Source: a virus (Duplodnaviria > Heunggongvirae > Uroviricota > Caudoviricetes). Taken from it: DNA of 40,279 bases. The notes below the pieces were generated by a model. It made no database searches. It worked only from the letters and a program-made list of their open reading frames with translations, and was not told the DNA's origin. This document shows, in pieces, positions 35,480 to 40,279 of this stretch. Each line of letters starts with the position of its first letter. The first letter of the stretch is position 1. Location: the IMG/VR virus record IMGVR_UViG_3300028584_001240. One strand, written 5' to 3'. The translations under genes and the position numbers were made by a program.

Positions 35480-35971
35480 TTATTTCTCTATACTAGGTGG
35501 ATCTGGAATAATTTCTTTCTTTACTTTCGCAATAAAATAGAGTCTATCCTTCTCATTACACTTAACAATCAAATCCTGAGTGTTACCAGACAGTAGATAA
35601 TAACGGTTAGTGTCCATCGAGCCATTCACAAAGCCTTTATAGTCGTCTTTTAATTGTAAGAACAGTTTTCTAGCATCTACATCACAAGCTCCCCAATTTT
35701 TATAGACATCACCATATGCATAGACTGAGTGGACAGTGTTATCTCTGTTTAAGACAATTTGATAATGGTTAAAAAGTTCTGGAAGTGGCTTTTCTGGTGT
35801 GATGTTGATTTTTGTTTTAAAAGGATAACTAATATAATGATAATCTTTATACTCTGAGCCAACCTTAATACCAAATGCATTAAGGGATAGATCAGGAACG
35901 GAAAATCGTTCAGCCATCGAAACAGTTGAAAAAGCTAATGAAAATAACAATATGGGTAATTTTAATAACAT
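35480..35971 (-). CDS. Exported paralog family D, copy 1
   Basis: Signal peptide; FGIKVG, FNHYQIV, VHSVYAYG. Confidence 0.78.
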   Translation of the reverse strand: MLLKLPILLFSLAFSTVSMAERFSVPDLSLNAFGIKVGSEYKDYHYISYPFKTKINITPEKPLPELFNHYQIVLNRDNTVHSVYAYGDVYKNWGACDVDARKLFLQLKDDYKGFVNGSMDTNRYYLLSGNTQDLIVKCNEKDRLYFIAKVKKEIIPDPPSIEK

Positions 35972-36053
35972 AACTAGTCCTTTAATTAAATAGAATATTA
36001 AGCAATTCTAGTATAGTTGATTAATACTAGAATGCAAAATATATTGAATATGA

Positions 36054-36557
36054 TTAAAGGTTATTTTGGATGCCTTCAACTTCAAAAACATTTGATTTAG
36101 GTTCTTCTAAATCTTTTTTCAATCGAGCTTCATAAAAAATAGTATCACCTTCGCAATACATCTTTACTTCCTGAGTTCGACCTACATATTCGTAGAAGCC
36201 ATCTCGTTCCGTGTAAGAAACAATATCAGCCAAATAATTGTTTTTAAACATACCCGCAAGGTTATACGCCATTTCTGGACAAGTATATTCTTTCTTTTTC
36301 ATGTTACCTTGTGCATAAACCGTATGCACAGTGCTTTCTGGTGTTAAAGTTATTTGATACTTATTAAACACTTGTCGCATGTCATTTTGGGGCAAAACGT
36401 TAATCTTAGTGCCAAACATATAATCTGAATAATTATAGTGTTTATAAGGTGCTCCTAGTTCAATGCCGAAGGATTTAATATGCATATCCTGAGCTTGGAC
36501 GGTGCTGATAAGTGCTGATAGGGATAGTGATAGAAACATAAGAACTGATTTAAACAT
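36054..36557 (-). CDS. Exported paralog family D, copy 2
   Basis: Signal peptide; FGIELG, FNKYQIT, VHTVYAQG, one Cys pair. Confidence 0.78.
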   Translation of the reverse strand: MFKSVLMFLSLSLSALISTVQAQDMHIKSFGIELGAPYKHYNYSDYMFGTKINVLPQNDMRQVFNKYQITLTPESTVHTVYAQGNMKKKEYTCPEMAYNLAGMFKNNYLADIVSYTERDGFYEYVGRTQEVKMYCEGDTIFYEARLKKDLEEPKSNVFEVEGIQNNL

Positions 36558-36611
36558 GATTTCTCCTATTTTTAAGAATGAAAAGGCCGAACACAGTATT
36601 CGGCTAATAAA

Positions 36612-37145
36612 TTAAATTTTAATATTGAATTCTTTAAATTTATCAATAGGGACAGGATAACTTGAAAGGTCTTTTTGATAAGCAAAAGTATAACCTAAAT
36701 TTTGTCCAATACACATAATAGAAACACTAACATCTTTACTCATATATATGTATTGACCAACCTTTTGTGGCAAGGGCTTAAACAAACTTGTATCATAGGT
36801 TTTCTCAAATTCCTTACTAAGAAAAGCAGCGGCTTCATTACAGTTATAGGAAGAGTTTTTAATCTCACCTGAAGCAAAAACTTTGTAAACCTTATAATCT
36901 GGTGTGGTTGTAATGTTATATGAGTTAAAAAATTCAATAGGCTGACTAGGTTCAACTGAATATTTTTCGCCCATATTTTGAACCTTAAGAACATTAAGAT
37001 CTGTGACAGGTTGGCCCAGTTTAATACCAAAGGTCGAAATTTCAGTTGATTTCTTAACAACAGGCTCGGCACTAGCAGCTACCGCACTGGTTGAAAAAGC
37101 TAAAACAGATAGCATACTGGTTAATACAAGGTGTCGAATGTGCAT
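36612..37145 (-). CDS. Exported paralog family D, copy 3
   Basis: Signal peptide; FGIKLG, FNSYNIT, VYKVFASG, one Cys pair. Confidence 0.78.
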   Translation of the reverse strand: MHIRHLVLTSMLSVLAFSTSAVAASAEPVVKKSTEISTFGIKLGQPVTDLNVLKVQNMGEKYSVEPSQPIEFFNSYNITTTPDYKVYKVFASGEIKNSSYNCNEAAAFLSKEFEKTYDTSLFKPLPQKVGQYIYMSKDVSVSIMCIGQNLGYTFAYQKDLSSYPVPIDKFKEFNIKI

Positions 37146-37162
37146 GAAAGCTCCTTTAAAAT

Positions 37163-37187
37163 AAAAAGTGTCACCCTAAGATGACAC
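37163..37187 (-). terminator. Intrinsic terminator
   Basis: GTGTCA-TCTTAGGG-TGACAC plus T-run on minus. Confidence 0.7.
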
Positions 37188-37226
37188 GCAAAAACAGATT
37201 GTAGCTCAATTTAGCTTGTAGTTCAA

Positions 37227-37784
37227 TCACTCTTTAAACTTTTCATGAATGTAAGCAATCGCTTTTTCAAACACTTCAAGGTTAGTGGTGGACTTATCAT
37301 CAGGGAAAATAATCTTCTGGCAGCATTCAGTCACCATGCAGTTATCAATGCGATCCAAGTTTTCAATGATTTGACCTTCTGAATCTAAGTAGCAACCGTC
37401 AAGAAAAACAATTTCACCCGTAGCAATAAGCTTTTCAAGGTAAGTGCGATTGTCGATTGAGTAGCCATAAACAGGCTTATGAATCATGTCAGCAGCGGCC
37501 ATTTCAGCAGCAGTACCTACGTCCATGCCTGTGCCACGGAATGGCGACATGTTTGCCACAACGATGTCACACGAACGAACGCCTTCAATACAAGCCTTCT
37601 TACAAATGTCGGCACGTTGAGCATTGTTATAACGTGGGTTAGAAAAGAGATCGTTTGGCAACAGATCCAGTGGGAAAATTCCCACAAAACCATATTTAGC
37701 ACAGATTGCTTTTTTAGCTTCTCCAATTTCAACAGCTCTTGGGTAGAAGACATCTGGGCCAGCAATATAGATTTTTTGAGACAT
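37227..37784 (-). CDS. Nucleoside 2-deoxyribosyltransferase / nucleotide N-glycosidase family protein
   Basis: KIYIAGPDVF, CDIVVANMSPFRG, DVGTAAEMAAA with the conserved Glu, KPV. Confidence 0.85.
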   Translation of the reverse strand: MSQKIYIAGPDVFYPRAVEIGEAKKAICAKYGFVGIFPLDLLPNDLFSNPRYNNAQRADICKKACIEGVRSCDIVVANMSPFRGTGMDVGTAAEMAAADMIHKPVYGYSIDNRTYLEKLIATGEIVFLDGCYLDSEGQIIENLDRIDNCMVTECCQKIIFPDDKSTTNLEVFEKAIAYIHEKFKE

Positions 37785-37815
37785 ATAATAATACTCCGCT
37801 TATTAAAAAATTAAG

Positions 37816-38031
37816 TTATTCAGCTTCAAATTCGCTTGGCATTAAACAAGCAAGCACAATATACAATAAAATGAAAGCCCCTGATGTGAACAAGACTAGT
37901 GCAAGAAATACAAGTCGTGCGAGAAATGGATTGACACCATAAGCTTTACAAATACCACCGATTACACCTGAAATCCACTTATCACTAATATTTGTTTTAG
38001 TGACTTTTTGATTAGATTTTTTGATAGGCAT
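37816..38031 (-). CDS. PspC-domain membrane protein
   Basis: KWISGVIGGICKAYGVNPFLARLVF...LLYIVLACLMP; AGGAG SD before ATG 38031. Confidence 0.82.
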   Translation of the reverse strand: MPIKKSNQKVTKTNISDKWISGVIGGICKAYGVNPFLARLVFLALVLFTSGAFILLYIVLACLMPSEFEAE

Positions 38032-38111
38032 TTTTAATCTCCTTGTTAATGGGCTTATTATACTACAAGCACAAAGAAACATCAAGAATTTAAGACGATG
38101 TAAATTGTTTC

Positions 38112-38141
38112 AAAAAGAAACGGTAGACCAGCCACCGTCTC
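38112..38141 (-). terminator. Intrinsic terminator
   Basis: GAGACGGT-loop-ACCGTTTC plus T-run on minus. Confidence 0.72.
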
Positions 38142-38152
38142 TCAAAGAGCCA

Positions 38153-38398
38153 TTAAACCCAGCGGACGTTCAACAGTTCAGGAGCCATTGATTTATTCAG
38201 TGCTACATGTTCAGCCACTACAACCATCAAATCAAGGTTATGTGTTTGATGATGTTTAATCATGGAAAGGACATCCGTTGAGAAATCAATTTCATCATTG
38301 ATAACCACCAGTGGAATGTTATCGCGTTCGGACTGTGCAACAAATGCTTGAACAGCTTGTTCATTGCAAATAGTGCCCATTACTTTATTCTCTTGCAT
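38153..38398 (-). CDS. Hypothetical protein
   Basis: 81-aa ORF with AGGAG SD. Confidence 0.72.
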   Translation of the reverse strand: MQENKVMGTICNEQAVQAFVAQSERDNIPLVVINDEIDFSTDVLSMIKHHQTHNLDLMVVVAEHVALNKSMAPELLNVRWV

Positions 38399-38424
38399 AC
38401 CAATACTCCTTTTAATAAAGAAGG

Positions 38425-39333
38425 CTACTGAATGTAGCCTTCATGTTTCAAAATCATTACACGAGCAACTTTAATCGCCTCATCAAGCTCGCCTCTAAAC
38501 ATGGTGATAAAAGCCCCTTTATGGCAAAAGAACAAGCCTTTAATACCAGAAGCTTTTTCCAATTCTTCGCCGCTCAATCCCAACCACTCTTTTGGAGCTG
38601 GAACTTTCTTTGAATATTCATCATTCGCATTCAATGGAACGGTTTCGATAGCCCATGCCCCATTACTGTGAGGATAGATTACCATCTTTTTATCAGTCAA
38701 CTGAGCAATACGTTTGGCAGCATCTTTGATGTTACTATCACAGACCACAATGTCTTTGTATTGCTCACTGTTTTTGATAGCTTTTACAATGGATTTCTCT
38801 GCTTTCATATTACCACGAACATAAGCAAAATAGTTAATCAAATGAGACTTTGCTGCTTTCAGAGCATACATGAACTGTTTATCTTGTTCACGAGGATCAT
38901 CGGGCTTACGGTTATACATCACCAAGAAGTTACAATCACTGAATTTTGAAATACCGTTATCTTGCATATCGACACGACGAATAAAATCTCGTTCAAAGAT
39001 ATCCATTGTTTCATCATTCATCTTCTGGTGAAGAATCTTGTTATCACGAAGCCATTTCCAAACCATACCACAAGAAGACAAAGGAACTCCATCAGTCCAG
39101 CAGAGGCTGCTATCATTCTGGTGATGGTCAAAGTTACGCATAGCTGGGTCGTATTTCAAGCCTACGTCAATCACAAAGGTGTTAGCGTCTTCTTGACCTG
39201 CAGCAACAATCGTTTTATCACGGGTGCGAATGAGTGCAAACTTCTCGCCCTTGAATACATACAGATCCAAAAGGGCAACAGCCATCAATTCGTCAAGGTG
39301 AAATTGTTGAGAGTGCGTGATTACTTTAAACAT
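38425..39333 (-). CDS. MYG1/UPF0160-family DHH-type exonuclease
   Basis: THSQQFHLDE, IRTRD, VIDVG..YDP....FDHHQ, LSSCGMVW, VDMQDNG, FCHKGAF; start at MFKVITH. Confidence 0.87.
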   Translation of the reverse strand: MFKVITHSQQFHLDELMAVALLDLYVFKGEKFALIRTRDKTIVAAGQEDANTFVIDVGLKYDPAMRNFDHHQNDSSLCWTDGVPLSSCGMVWKWLRDNKILHQKMNDETMDIFERDFIRRVDMQDNGISKFSDCNFLVMYNRKPDDPREQDKQFMYALKAAKSHLINYFAYVRGNMKAEKSIVKAIKNSEQYKDIVVCDSNIKDAAKRIAQLTDKKMVIYPHSNGAWAIETVPLNANDEYSKKVPAPKEWLGLSGEELEKASGIKGLFFCHKGAFITMFRGELDEAIKVARVMILKHEGYIQ

Positions 39334-39395
39334 TTGATTTAATCCTGTTTGTTTTCTATGTGGAGAGTATAGCAAACATTTAAATTTTGGTCAAC

Positions 39396-39418
39396 AAAAA
39401 AGCCTCCGAAGAGACTTT
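39396..39418 (-). terminator. Intrinsic terminator
   Basis: AAAGTCTC-TTCG-GAGGCTTT plus T-run on minus. Confidence 0.78.
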
Positions 39419-39419
39419 A

Positions 39420-39857
39420 TTAATCGCCACCACCACCACCGCCGCCGCCATCACCGCCACTATCTCCACCACCACTATGACTATGGCTAGAAGAACTATG
39501 GTTGTTGTTACTATCACCATAATTATTATTAGTGTGCGGAGTATAAGCAGGAGCACTGTCAACAAAACCACTATCATGTTTACGATGCTTAGTGGATGTA
39601 TCATCATCATAAAACGTGTTGTTCAATGGGGAGATAGGATTCAATGGATGAAGTGGGTTAGAAAACACATCACTTCCATTATCTGCTGTTCTGGCTCGCT
39701 CACGTTCACGCCTTTCACGATCTGCTCGTTCTTGCCTAGCTTTTGCTAAGATGCGTTCATGATCTTCTTTTTTAGCATGTTCTAATGTAGAAATACTAAC
39801 ACTTTCTTCCACATCTTTAACCTTGAAACCAAACAGCTTTTTAATTGTGGTTAACAT
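39420..39857 (-). CDS. Hypothetical protein with charged coiled coil and Gly/Ser/His low-complexity tail
   Basis: AGGAG SD and TGTTATAAT promoter; RQERADRERRERERAR; tail SSSHSHSGGGDSGGDGGGGGGGGD. Confidence 0.75.
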   Translation of the reverse strand: MLTTIKKLFGFKVKDVEESVSISTLEHAKKEDHERILAKARQERADRERRERERARTADNGSDVFSNPLHPLNPISPLNNTFYDDDTSTKHRKHDSGFVDSAPAYTPHTNNNYGDSNNNHSSSSHSHSGGGDSGGDGGGGGGGGD

Positions 39858-39959
39858 TTAAATCTCCTTTAGATTTATTGATGTTACGCTTTATTAACAT
39901 TTTTGTTGCGGGCTAATTATAACATACCAAATTTCAAAAATCCAGTATATTATCATTAT

Positions 39960-40271
39960 TTATTTTACAAATGAAACAATTTTAAAACGAGAGTTATACT
40001 TACATAATTTATCAGCAACGAATAATGGAACATTGCTTAAAACAAGAATATCTTTTTTGTCATTGTATTGTTCATCAATATGAACTACATGATCGATGTC
40101 TTGAATATTACTAAGTCTATGTGAAATCTGTTCGTAATCCATAAATATAGGGTTAACTTCATCCATTGATTTCATTTGTTCTCGAATTTCATTGAGGACA
40201 GGTGAGCCTTTTTCAACATTCACAGCCTGATTAACGTCAGCAAGAATAAATCCTTTTCTAGCATGTTTCAA
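39960..40271 (-). CDS. Hypothetical protein (5' end near the window edge)
   Basis: 103-aa ORF; start uncertain. Confidence 0.55.
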   Translation of the reverse strand: MKHARKGFILADVNQAVNVEKGSPVLNEIREQMKSMDEVNPIFMDYEQISHRLSNIQDIDHVVHIDEQYNDKKDILVLSNVPLFVADKLCKYNSRFKIVSFVK

Positions 40272-40279
40272 CCATTTCT

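Noticed and set aside
412-38949. Numerous short antisense or nested ORFs in the track (e.g. 412-669, 2554-2787, 14134-14379, 31035-31346, 34342-34671, 37479-37814, 38668-38949)
   Set aside because: They lie inside well-supported genes on the other strand or frame, and lack SD sites and recognisable motifs.
39380-39749. Overlapping ORFs 39380-39610 (-) and 39387-39749 (+)
   Set aside because: Shadow frames produced by the triplet repeat of the real 39420-39857 gene.

Overview
AT-rich, gene-dense accessory region of what is most likely a large lytic dsDNA (jumbo-type) phage. This is inferred from many short hypothetical genes, paralog expansions, CCA-encoding tRNAs and a homing-type nuclease; there are no structural or replication genes in this window. 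The genetic code is standard. Most genes are single cassettes made of a sigma70 extended -10 promoter, a GGAG ribosome-binding site and an intrinsic terminator. Recognisable products are oligoribonuclease Orn, a 580-aa TnpB in a precisely delimitable non-autonomous IS200/IS605-type element (TCAT at both junctions) that splits a small gene, a PphA/lambda-type metallophosphatase, a PD-(D/E)XK homing-type endonuclease, two HAD_SAK_2-like phosphatases, a nucleoside 2-deoxyribosyltransferase-family protein, a PspC-domain protein, a MYG1-family exonuclease and several lipoproteins or exported proteins. A family of ~300-aa unknown proteins has seven tandem copies plus two dispersed members, and shares a C-terminal 'ELKEYFxLVEMxKI' tail with otherwise dissimilar proteins. 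The top finding is on the minus strand at 18793-19866. A tRNA operon containing only Ser(UGA) x3 and Tyr(GUA) x2, plus a topologically rewired Tyr-like tRNA and a CCA-ending minihelix, lies downstream of an unannotated 16-aa leader peptide, MKPTFAVSYYYSSYSS. The leader is coupled to mutually exclusive terminator/antiterminator hairpins. This looks like a ribosome-stalling attenuator that senses loss of exactly the tRNAs the operon supplies. The structures are seen in the sequence; the function is inference.
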